The notes beneath the pieces were generated by a model, which was given only the letters and a program-made list of their open reading frames with translations, had not been told where the DNA came from and made no database searches. Shown in pieces: positions 1 through 10,539 of a DNA stretch of 64,000 nucleotides. This DNA comes from Eledone cirrhosa (taxonomy: Eukaryota). The DNA lies in contig OZ024743.1 in NCBI GenBank assembly GCA_964016885.1, positions 15,686,001-15,750,000 of the forward strand, written 5' to 3'. A program made the position numbers and the translations under genes. How positions within the stretch are numbered: the stretch's first letter is position 1; each line of letters begins with the position of its first letter.

Positions 1-1454
1 AATTTATGGTTTGAGTACTTCAAGAAAAATGTCTAGTCTCATGTGTTGTAATAGTACTCTCAGTCATAAATTTAGTATTCATGATATCATATGGCATATA
101 ATAGGTGGTTGGATTTCAGCCCAGAATGTTCTAGAATAAAACGATTTAGTGTATTTTCATTTTTTCATTGTACTCTGGATAAGGTAAAGTAACTTAATAA
201 TGTATAATTTTTTTTATTTCAGACAAATAGAGCTTTAAATGGAGGAATTTACGGTGTGTTGTACATGATATATTTAAACCCTCTGGCATGGAATATGACT
301 GTGAAATTCAGAGACAAAATTAAGTTTTAAAAGAAGTCCTTTCAATTAAAATAACCTACATATAAACTTACAATTGCTGCTTTACTAAAGCAAAACAGAT
401 TTTTATAAAATGCAAGAAATGAATATTCTCTGATGAAAATAATGCTAGAGATTAGCATAACAGAAATCCTTTAGAATTTTAAGATCATACATACGAAAGC
501 TGCTTAGCTGTATGGTAGCATTTTTTATTCTTTTTTTTTTTATTGAATATACCAGCCTTTTGCTCTGGAACTTAAAGCAAATCACCACAACAGAAACAAA
601 TTCATTTACAATTAGAGTACCCAGTAACCATGAATACATGCAAATCAGACATACTGTTTCCATATTTTCTCATTCTACACTTTGGAATCGATTTAACAGA
701 TATCATAGTTAATATCTCATCCCGAAAGTTTTCTAGCACTCACACATCTGCGTAAAGATGGACTGATCCATGCTCCCTGTGGGTGTGGGGTCATGATCTG
801 GTTCTCCCACTCACGTGTTCTATTCACCCCACATGTTTTGCTTAATTCATTTATTTATTCTTACATCTAAAATCTTTAATTGGTTTGTCAGCTTAGCAAG
901 TTATTTTAGATTAGTCATAATCAATGCAATAACAACTGTTATAAAAGTATATGCACAACAATTGGAACTGACCGAGGAGCAAAAGGACCACTACTTTGAG
1001 GCTCTCTTGTAGATATGCTTTATAACAAACAGTTCGTATCTCATTATGTCTCAGAAGAAATAGATGCTAAGTGTGTGGGAGACCAGAGACAAGAGATATG
1101 AAATACGATGCGCAAAGCACACATAAGCTGAGAGAAAAATCTGTGTATAACAGAAATCGGATGAGAGAAAACTACATTGCTATAGATATTTAATGTGCAT
1201 GGATGTGGCAGTTAAGTAAAGAAGTGCAGATATATTCATGTAGAATGTATCTGTGAAAGAGGAAGATCAAGAAAAAGATGATTGGATCGAGAGATGAATA
1301 TTGATCTCAAGAGACTGATCTACACAAAGATTATGACTCAAGAATGTGACATATGGCAAAATGTTCTGTTGGAAAAGGTGCCTACATCTCATGCAACCAT
1401 TGAAAAACAGACAAATTATGATGTATGTATGTATGCATCTATGCAACATTGGAT

Positions 1455-1487
<33 letters not shown>

Positions 1488-1599
1488 GATATGCTCCATC
1501 AACAACTTATATAAAAGAAAAGTATATCAAACACAAAACGCCAGCATCAATAGTTTTCCAAGAGATGGCAACATGAATGGATCTGTTAATTTTCTCTAA

Positions 1600-1780
1600 A
1601 AGACAATTTTTCCGATTCCGCCCTGCCCGTCCCTTCAATCTTTCTAATTTCCCATTGTTTCTTCTGATGAAGAACTCGCATCCAAAACGTTAAGACCCTC
1701 TTCCTGCTATTTCAAGCGTTAAACTAATATATTCCTTCCATATACTGTACCGATTGTGTTATTTCTCTTTACTTTTTACA
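1600..1780 (+). mobile_element. Penelope-like element 3'-terminal fragment with degenerate minimal hammerhead motif
   Basis: TCTT-CTGATGA-agaactcgcatcc-AAAACGTT-AAGA at 1660-1695. Downstream 'agcgttaaactaata' resembles the end of the Penelope copy at 53260-53383. Followed by (TA)n. Confidence 0.45.
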
Positions 1781-1919
1781 TACATACATATATATATATA
1801 AACATAAGCATGTGTATGCATGTACTTGTATATAATTATAAATGTATACAAAAATCGACAGAACAGCCGGTCTATGAAATTAAATACAAGTTCCTAAGCA
1901 TTTGACAGGAATGTCTATC

Positions 1920-2160
1920 TTTACTCTAATTATCAGGGAGATTCAGTATGATAAAATGTGTGTTAAGGCTGGCCCTTTGTTTTTGAAAGTACAATTTATT
2001 CAACAGGCTTCAAAATAGCTTCTTTTTAATAAATTTTATTTACAAAGCTTGAGTTGTCCCATGGCTATGGTAAATAGGTATTGACCTAGATGTTACACAA
2101 CAGGATCAAACTTAAGAATTTATAGTTTTGAAGTGAATATCTTAACCATTTGACCATGAT
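1920..2160 (-). mobile_element. Highly degraded SINE remnant
   Basis: Ends in 'aatatcttaaccatttgaccatg', resembling the reverse complement of the tRNA-like SINE head at 50590-50622. The body is weakly recognisable. Confidence 0.3.
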
Positions 2161-2182
2161 ATATCTACTCACACACAAACAC

Positions 2183-2185
<3 letters not shown>

Positions 2186-2228
<43 letters not shown>

Positions 2229-2315
2229 TGATGAATTCATTGAACCTTGTTAAACTTTTAATTATATATATATGTGTATATATATGTAGATAGATAGATA
2301 TAGATATAGATAGAT
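2186..2315. repeat. (TA)n and (TAGA)n microsatellites
   Basis: Direct reading. Confidence 0.9.
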
Positions 2316-2420
2316 AATGTCTATATGTACACGGCTACCACTACATTACCAAGGAAGAGGGAGATAGAAAGAGAGAAACGAAAATGTGAACTTCCTATAT
2401 GTAAACTATGGAAATATCTA

Positions 2421-5125
2421 CATCATCATCATCACCGTTTTAGGTGCCGTTCTTACATGCTAGCATGGGTTAGATGGGTTGTCTTGTGCGCAGTGTCCAG
2501 TCGGCTAACCATGTCTTGCTCATACGGGAACTGATTTTGGCTTGTTTTCTACAGCTGGATGCCCTTCCTAACACCAACCTCATTTACAGTGAGTGCTGGG
2601 TGCTTTTTTTCCGTGGCGCCTACAAGTCCACTTTACAGTGTCGGCTGGGTGCTTTTTTGCTGTGGCACCTCCACGACCACTTTACAGTGAGAGGGGGTGG
2701 GGGCATATTGTCAATATGCTTCAGCTTCAACTTGTACCCGTGGGAAGTCGTGTCTTCTGTATTACTGCGTGACGCCAGAGGTCACAGTCGTATGTCATTG
2801 CTCTTGAGAGGTGCAATTGGGTAATGTTGCCTTTATCACCTAATCCCAGGTCTTCTTAGGTCTCCCCACTCAGCGGCTTCCATTGACTTCTAGTGCTCTG
2901 CACCTTTTAATGCAGCTCTCATCCTTCATATGCATCAGATGTCCATACCAATGCAACCTCCTCTCCTGCACACAGCATTTTATTCCTCTTATGCTCAGTC
3001 TATCTCTCAACTCGTTTATGCTTTACTGTTCACGTATATTACTATTACACATCCATCGGAGCATGCAAGCTTCGTTTCTTTCTAATCTAGGCAAGTCTTC
3101 TACAGAGAGCACCCAGGTCTCACTACCATGTAACATTGCTGTTCATATACATGCATCATACGGTCTGCCTTTCATTTTGAGGGAAAAGCCTTTTGCAGCT
3201 AGCAGTGGCAGTAACTCTCCGAACTTCTTCCATCCCGTTCTTACCCTAGTTATTGTACTTTCTGAACACCCACCTCCACTGCTAATTCGGTCACCTAGGT
3301 AGCAGAAGCTGTCTACTGTTTCTAAAGAGCCCTCCTAGAGTTTGGTGGTGCTTGTTTCCTGTGGCCATTTGCTGCTTGCTGTCCCAGCGCAGCTGTACAT
3401 ATGAAGCCTATATTCTTAGTTAAGCTTCCTGAGATCCCACTACATCTCTTGTGTACACATTGTTTGCATTTGGGGCAGAGGATGGCGTTGCTACCTTCAC
3501 CTTTCCTACATACTAAGCAAGGCTATTTCCCTGAGGGGTTTTGGGTTCTGTTTTCTTGTCTACTTACGAGGACCTTTGTCTTTGTCAGGTTAAATTTGAG
3601 ACCCTTTCTTTCTAGTCCCTGCTTCCATGTTTGGAATTTCTTCTCTAGTTCCACCATAGATTCAGCTATAAGTGTGAGATCATCTGCATATAGGAGCTCC
3701 CATGGGTATCTGGTCTTAAACTCTTCTGTTATTGCCTGCAAAACTATGATGAACAGAAGGGGGCTAAGAATAGAGCCCTGGTGGACACCGACCTGTATGC
3801 AAATTTCCTCGCTATAGTCGAATGACAGGTAGAGCAGCTTACTTTTAGCTAGGTACTTTTCCTGTAACTGCCTCACAAGGAAGAGCTCATCAGTTGTGCC
3901 TTTGCCTGGTACAAACCCAAATTACATCTCATCTAGTTTCCCCCAGTCCCTAATCAACTGTGCTATAACTCTTTTCATTACTTTCATGACCTGGTCCATC
4001 AGCTTTATACCTCTATAGTTTCCTCTATCTAGTGCATCACCTTTACACTTGTAGCAGTTGACAATGCTGCTGCTGCACCAATCCTTTGGTATAACACCTT
4101 CTAGTATTACCTGGTTAACAATATGTGTGGTTATGGTGTGACCTACCAACCCAGATGACTTCAGCATCTCGGCAGCTATACCCGGTGGACCGGTTTCTTT
4201 CCCTGTCTTCATATCTCTGATTGCCTTACTTACTATGCTGCTGCTGACTTGTACTGCTGGCGTCTCTATAGCGTCCACTTGGGGTAGGGTCTCCTTTTCC
4301 CCATGCATTCTCCTCATTTAGTAATCTTTCATAATGGCTCTTCCACGCAGCTTTCTTCTCAGCACTTGTGAGGGCAAGCTCACCTTTATCATTCCGGATA
4401 CACTTCTCTCCAATGACATCACAATTCTCTCTGACACATTGCTTCGCAATCTTGAACACCTCCTGTTCTGGTCCTCACATTGTAAAACATGCTTGAATTT
4501 TCTAACCTCCGCTTCCCTTCTAGCTAAATATATTTGTCACCTAGCATCCCTCCAGGTCCCTATATAATATACCCTGCTCCTCACGTTCTTCCATTCTTTC
4601 CATGCCTGTCTCTTAGCCTTAACTGCCTCATCTACCTTATTGTTTCACCACCAAGTTACTCTCCTCCTCCCGCTCCAAACACAGATCTCGTCCATCACCT
4701 TTAGTAAGTTATTTTTTAGAAACTCCCAGTGCTCTTCTACATTGAATGTCTCTATCTGTTCTTCTTTACTGCCATAGGTGTCGAGTAAAATATTTTTAAA
4801 TCTGTTACTGTGTGAGGGGTCTTTCAGCTTCCAGATCTTTCTTCTCCAGGTTGCCTTCTGTTTCCAAGTTTGTCTAGTTTTGACAGTGAGTTCGCTGACA
4901 ACTAAGGAAGGCTTTTGTGTTTACATCCCTCCATCTATCATGCCCTCTGATGAGGATAAAATCTATCTGACTAGAATGCTCCCCTGATCTATAGGTGATC
5001 AGATGGTTGTTGGGTGTTTTGAAGTTAGTGTTACATATCGACATGTCATTGGCATCACAGAATTGTAGAAGCCTGAAGCCTTCTTCATTTCTTGTGCCAA
5101 ACCCGTGGCCTCCATGGACTCTATA
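2421..5125 (-). mobile_element. RTE-clade LINE, 5'-truncated and decayed (C-terminal APE, RT, PHD-like finger, 3'UTR, (GAT)n tail)
   Basis: Minus-strand fragments: HG...TRNEEG...CNTNFK...ITYRSG...QIDFIL (APE end), NYRGIKL, QVGVHQGSILSPLLF, YADDL. Colinear with the intact ORF at 57616-59688. (CAT)n at 2421-2433 is the tail. Internal deletion near 3815, plus stops and frameshifts. Confidence 0.92.
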
Positions 5126-5652
5126 GAAGTATGTTGTTTAATATTCTATAGAAGCATGTTGTTTAATATCCTCTTCTAATTAATATCCACCTTAACTTTG
5201 ATATATATTTTTCTAGCACGAGCAAGTCAAAATTTTCACTGACTGAAACCGGTCCTACCCTTTAAAAGATTTTCTGTTTTTCCATGATAAAATTCTATTA
5301 GCATTTTTTTACTGCTTTTTTTACTTAATATATATCTACTCAAGGTCACTTCTCACTATTCTCTCTCTCTCTCTTTCATATATATATACAGAGAGAGAGA
5401 GAGAGGGGGGGAGAGAGAGAGAATTACACACATACACACAAGTATATACATATCGTACATTCATTAAAAATCTGTATCAAATTAGCATTAAATGCTCACC
5501 AGCTTTCACCTATAAAGCCATCCACTGTTATATGTGTTAATCAATGCATGATAAATGAATGCCTATCATTCAGTAAGAATTGCTATCAGTAGTAAGTTAC
5601 ATCAAAGCAGATAATTGCAAGAACATGTATCATCTGTTGATGAGTTAATTAC

Positions 5653-5707
5653 CCTCGTTGTCTGCAATTGGATGTCTCTGTAGAACACTGACATTGTTTT
5701 CCCCGAG
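5653..5707 (-). CDS. Candidate 55-nt internal exon of an unidentified host gene (LGENNVSVLQRHPIADNE)
   Basis: Minus strand: ttgttcttgttcttgCAG|ctcgggg...aacgagg|GTAATT, upstream ctaat/ctgat branch-like motifs, open frame, unique non-repeat context. No homology recognised. Confidence 0.3.
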
Positions 5708-6362
5708 CTGCAAGAACAAGAACAAGTTCAATCAGATGCTTAGCATTATTGATTAGTTTCCTATTAGATGAAATAACCAATCAGAGCATTGAAAGAAATT
5801 TCATATAGCTAAGTTGTTCCGTTCGATATTTATTGAGCGTTACTATTTAGTGGAAATCTTTTCATTTATATATTTATGGATTTTTTTTTGTTGTTGTTGA
5901 AATTTATTTATTTATTGTTATATATTTTTATTTGAAGTGTCTGCTATCGGAGGAATCTCGGGTGCCATTTCATTAGTTACGAAGTATGTTTGGTGATTAA
6001 TGGTTTGACAGTGGGACTGTATTTATTGTGTTCACAGAAAGAGAAGATTATGAACAGATGATATAATTACGTTGGAAATTACGTTGGAAAACTAATTAAA
6101 AGCACAATGGTATTTCGTTCCACATCCTACCCTTGCTACGTCTGATTTCAGTTATGATCTTACATATAATTCTCATTATTAAAATCTCCTTGCTAATTAT
6201 TATTAGCTAAGAACATTAACAACAATAACAATAAAGGATGTCTTAACAAAATATAGGGATGTAATTAAATATTAGAAGGAATTTTGTCCATTGCTCTTTT
6301 GACAAGTCTGGCAATCAATGACTTATGCCATCAACTATTCTAGCATAACAATAATATTAATA

Positions 6363-6553
6363 ATGGCCATCAATTTTGGGGGATGGGAAAGTCGATTAAA
6401 TCGACCCCAGTGCGTGACTGGTACTTTATTTTATCGACCTCGTAAGGATGAAAGGCAAAGCTAACCTCGACAGGATTTGAACTCAGAAAGTAAAGGGCTG
6501 TAACTCTATGCTGCAAAGCATGTTGTCCGACGCACTACTGATACTACTAATCC
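6363..6553 (-). mobile_element. tRNA-derived SINE (family A), degraded
   Basis: Shares the central block tggtactttattttatcgacc..gtaaggatgaaaggcaaag and the B-box-like ggatttgaactc with copies at 22464, 28033, 30859 and 49132. Confidence 0.75.
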
Positions 6554-6571
6554 TAATAATAATAACAATAA

Positions 6572-6788
6572 TGGTTTCTGACTTAAGCACAAGGCCTACA
6601 ATTTTGGGGGAGAAGAAATTCGATTAAATCGGACATAGTTTGTGACTGGTACTTTATTTATTTGATTGCATAAGGATGAGAGGCAAAGCTAACCTTGGCG
6701 AGATTTAAACTCACAATATAAAAGGCTGTAACCCTATGCTTAAAACTCTGTTGTACAAAATACTACCTTTACTGGCAATCCCACACCG
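6572..6788 (-). mobile_element. tRNA-derived SINE (family A), degraded, tandem to the previous copy
   Basis: Same central block. 3' end 'gtttctgacttaagcacaaggcc' abuts (AAT)n. Confidence 0.7.
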
Positions 6789-6795
6789 TTACAAT

Positions 6796-6797
<2 letters not shown>

Positions 6798-6831
<34 letters not shown>
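6798..6831. repeat. (AAT)n tract, tail/target of Tx1 copy 1
   Basis: Direct reading. Confidence 0.95.
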
Positions 6832-6833
<2 letters not shown>

Positions 6834-7085
6834 TTTCTTTATTAACCACAAGGGTTTACATAAAGTAGACATTAAGGACAGTGCAGGACAATACAGGACG
6901 GTACAAATGGGCATTTCTGTGTGTAAAAAAACAAAAAAAACAGAGGGTGTAACAAAAAATAACAATGAAAAATTCCCCAATAGGGGGGAGACTTCGGAGG
7001 GACATTTGTGGAGAAAGCCCAGTAAAAGGCCACAATGACCCTGACCACCAAGGCAAGTGCCCTCTCCCAGTTTTCCACCTTTAAT

Positions 7086-10000
7086 TTACAGATATATACT
7101 CAGAGTAGGCCCATTCACTCGGGCCATTCTTGCTTCTCTCACCCATCTTTCAACAAAATGCTGGGAAGAAAGCACTTCCCTCTCTACTCTGATTTTCCTT
7201 TTCAAATGAAATTTGAAAAAGTCAATCAGAGCATCACCGAAGAGGTAAGTACTCGTCTTCACCCCTTTCAAACGTGTCCACCATACTATCTCTTTCGCCA
7301 TGGCCACCAGACAGATAAAAACTGCCTGCCCTTCCCGGCTAAAGGAGGAGGGCGGGGCAATCCTCACGATGGACTCAGATGATAGCCGGAACCGTCCTAA
7401 ACGCAACAGCAGGTGTTCGACATAAACCCACAAATCAGCAATTTTCGGACACTGGACGGGTGCGTGCAGGACGGTCTGTCGCCCTGCGCGCATCTCGGAC
7501 ATGCATGGCTGATGGCACCTCCATGCCTGTAGAGTTTATCCTGAACTGGCAAGGCTCCTCGGTAGCACTGCCAGGCTAGAGATTTCTGGAGGTTGTCCAT
7601 AGGCCCTGGCCCGAAAGTTCTTCTGAAGAGATTGGCTAGTTGATTTTCGTCGACGCCTAGAGTTTCTCCAAGTACGTCGTCGCTCTTCCCCTCCACTAAT
7701 CCTCTATAGAACGCCGAGGTGGAGTTTCCACCGATCACATTGCCCGATTGGTCGAGGGCTGTGAGCGCCTGAAGACATTCCAGTCTCCAGGCGCTCCTTC
7801 TCGGTCTTCGCTTGACCCAGGACAGCAGCTCCGTCAAGGAAACGAGCTGGGGAAATACGTGTCTAGCAAATGGCGACCACACCTGATCACCGTCGAGGAA
7901 GAGGTTGAGATGTCGTAGCCTGAGCGCGTGTCTGCGCATCATCAGTCACGGCATTCCCAGCCCTCCACGTAGCGGGTGTTGACAGCAGATGGACTGCCTG
8001 ACCATCGGAGCGCGTCCCTTCCACAAAAAGCGAAAGAGCAAACGCTCCAGCGCAGTCAGGCGGGGCTTAGGACAAGGTACGACGGTCAGGCGGTAGCAGA
8101 TGACAGACGCGATGTACGTGTTAGCCACCTCCGCTCGACCTTTCAGGGATAGCTTCCTCTCCGCCCATTTCTGGGTGAGAGAATCCACCCTGCTCGTCAC
8201 CTCGTCCCAGTTTTTGTCCGTCTGGAGGTCCGGACCGAACCAGACCCCTAGCAATTTAACCGGTCCGTCCGTCCAGCGTCCGACGACGCTGTTGGACGGC
8301 ATGGACCTGCCTCTCCAGGTGCCGAGCTGCAGGCCCACTGACTTTTCCTGATTGATCATTGCTCCTGTCACCGCTTCGTATTCTCTTAGTGTAGTGCCGA
8401 TCGCCTCGATGTGTTTGGCGTTCAACACCACTACAGTGACATCGTCCGCATATGCTGACACGGATCTTCCGCATCCTAGTTCGTGCGGGACGCCCCTCAA
8501 CGTCTCCAGTTTGTGCAGTAATGGCTCGAGAGTCTATACGTACAAGAGGGACAAGAGGGGACATCCTTGGCGGACCGAGCGCATGATGTTGAACGGTTCC
8601 GAAAGGTGACCGTTCACTCTCACCACAGAGCAGATGTCGCTGTGCATGGCAGCGATCCAGCCTCTGAAGACGGGCCCAAAGCCAGCCGCCCTCGGGACTG
8701 CCGCTAGGTAACGATGGTCGACCCTATCGAAAGCTTTCGACTGATCTAAATTGATCAAGACCCACCCGTGCAGGGTTCCCTAGCTACCCTCTCTACGATG
8801 TATTGCAGGAGGTGGAGGTTGTCGTGGATGGATCTGTCGGGAATGCGCATGTCTGCGCCTCTCCCACCAGACCACCAACGACAAGCGCCAACCTCTTTGC
8901 TAGCACATTGGCCAAAATCTTGAACTCTGTGTTTAGCAGAGTTATGGGCCTGAAATTATCTATGTTATCCCCCTTGTTTGGATCCTTTCTCAGCAGTGCC
9001 ACCGCTCCTCGGCTCACAGAGCTGGGAATTTTTTTCCCGTTCTGTTGCCAGTTGCAGTAGTCGTCCGCCAAGAGGCCTCCGAACAAGTCTGGCATCTGTA
9101 CGTAAATTTCATAGGGCAGACCATCCAAACCAGGCGATTTACCCCTTGTGCAGCCAGTCATTGCCTCCCGTACTTCAGCGGCTTTTATCGGCTTTTCGCA
9201 ACACTCCGCCTCAGTGGCCGAGAGCCGCAGCAGTCCGTCGAGGTAGACACTAAAGTCCATCCCTCGACCCGGCCCACCGCTGCCCCCGAACAGCTGAGCG
9301 AAGTGTCGCTGAAAAGCTTCACACATTTGCCCGGGATCGAGTAGCATGCGCCCGTCGTGGTCCACCAAAGACCGGATCGTGGCTTTGTTGGCACGACGCG
9401 CCTCCGTCACTCGGGCCCATTGAACGGCTTTCGTCCCCTCGTGTCTGAGAGCACGCACCCTAGCTCTGACAACGCAGCCTTCGTGCTTTGCATTGAAGAA
9501 TTGGTCAAGGGCCAATTTCGCCGCAAGCACGTCGGTCGCGATGCCTTTGCTAAGCCCCTCGTCTAATTTTGTAACTAGTTCTCCCTCTGCTCTATTTTTC
9601 TCTATTGCTAAAGCCTTACTAAACCTAATCGATTCTATTCTAATCGCTCTTTTCAGAGCAAACCTCCACTTGTGTTGACGATGGCCCCATCAACGCCCGC
9701 TTAACTAGTTCGCTAATCCGGTCTCTGTAGGCCTTGTGCGCTGGTAAGGACGCGTTTAGCTTCCAGTAGCCGGGTCCTCGTCGATGAAGCCTATCTAAGT
9801 CAAGCACACAGATCACGAATTTGTGGTTCGTGTAGCTGACTATCTTGAATTGTGGACAGCCTATGCTAGACCTATCTATTTCCCTACAAAATACTCTATC
9901 TAGATATTATCTGGATGACCCTACGCGATTTGTCCAAGTCCACATTGGCACATTCGGGAAATCCTATCGGTACCTGTCAGACAGTTCAAAATTAGAACTG

Positions 10001-10504
10001 GTTGGTGAGGCTCTTGCACCCTCCACCCCTATCCGCTAATCCCACACAGTCCCACCGTGCATCTAAGATCCCGTTCCAGTCGCCCACTAACACCAAAGAG
10101 CGAGACCTTCTAAGAAAGGTCTCCAGACGCCGGAAGAAATCAGGCCGCCCTGATCCTGTCGGGGCATAGACGGCCACTAGCCTGAAAGCTTGCCCGTCTC
10201 CGCTGGTCACGTCCAGCACCACTAACTTACCCTCTGGGTCCAGGAAGATGGCCCGTATGGCGAGATCCAAACCTCTCCGAAAAAGCACAGCAACTCCCCC
10301 CCCCCCCGATCCAGGACGGCTGGGAGATGCGTACACATCCTAGCCGCCGAAGATCGGTGCGAAGGCCCGTGCTTCGGAGATTCTGGTCTCGCTGATGGCC
10401 ACTACATCTATGTTTAGTGACCTGAGGTCGTTGAGCAGGTGACCCTGCTTCCATGGCGACCCCAAGCCACGCGAATTTATGCTGCCTATTCTGAGTGAGG
10501 TCAT
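7086..10504 (-). pseudogene. Tx1 copy 1 ORF2 (APE endonuclease, reverse transcriptase, C-terminal CCHC), disrupted
   Basis: MTSLRIGSIN..GL start at 10504; VYAP, GDWNGILD, KSPGLDG, NFRPITLLN, DQSKAFDRV, RQGCPL, YADD, CPRC...H...C. Several frameshifts and stops. Confidence 0.92.
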
Positions 10505-10539
10505 GTTTAAAATAGAGTGGAAATGATGGGAAAGACCAC

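Noticed and set aside
184-330. Acceptor-like ttttatttcAG at 221-222 followed by a short open frame
   Set aside because: No recognisable protein, and the apparent upstream donor would give only a ~39-nt intron.
2883-3817. Recurring antisense ORFs opposite the RTE RT (also 58443-59558)
   Set aside because: Shadow frames of a conserved coding strand, with no independent evidence.
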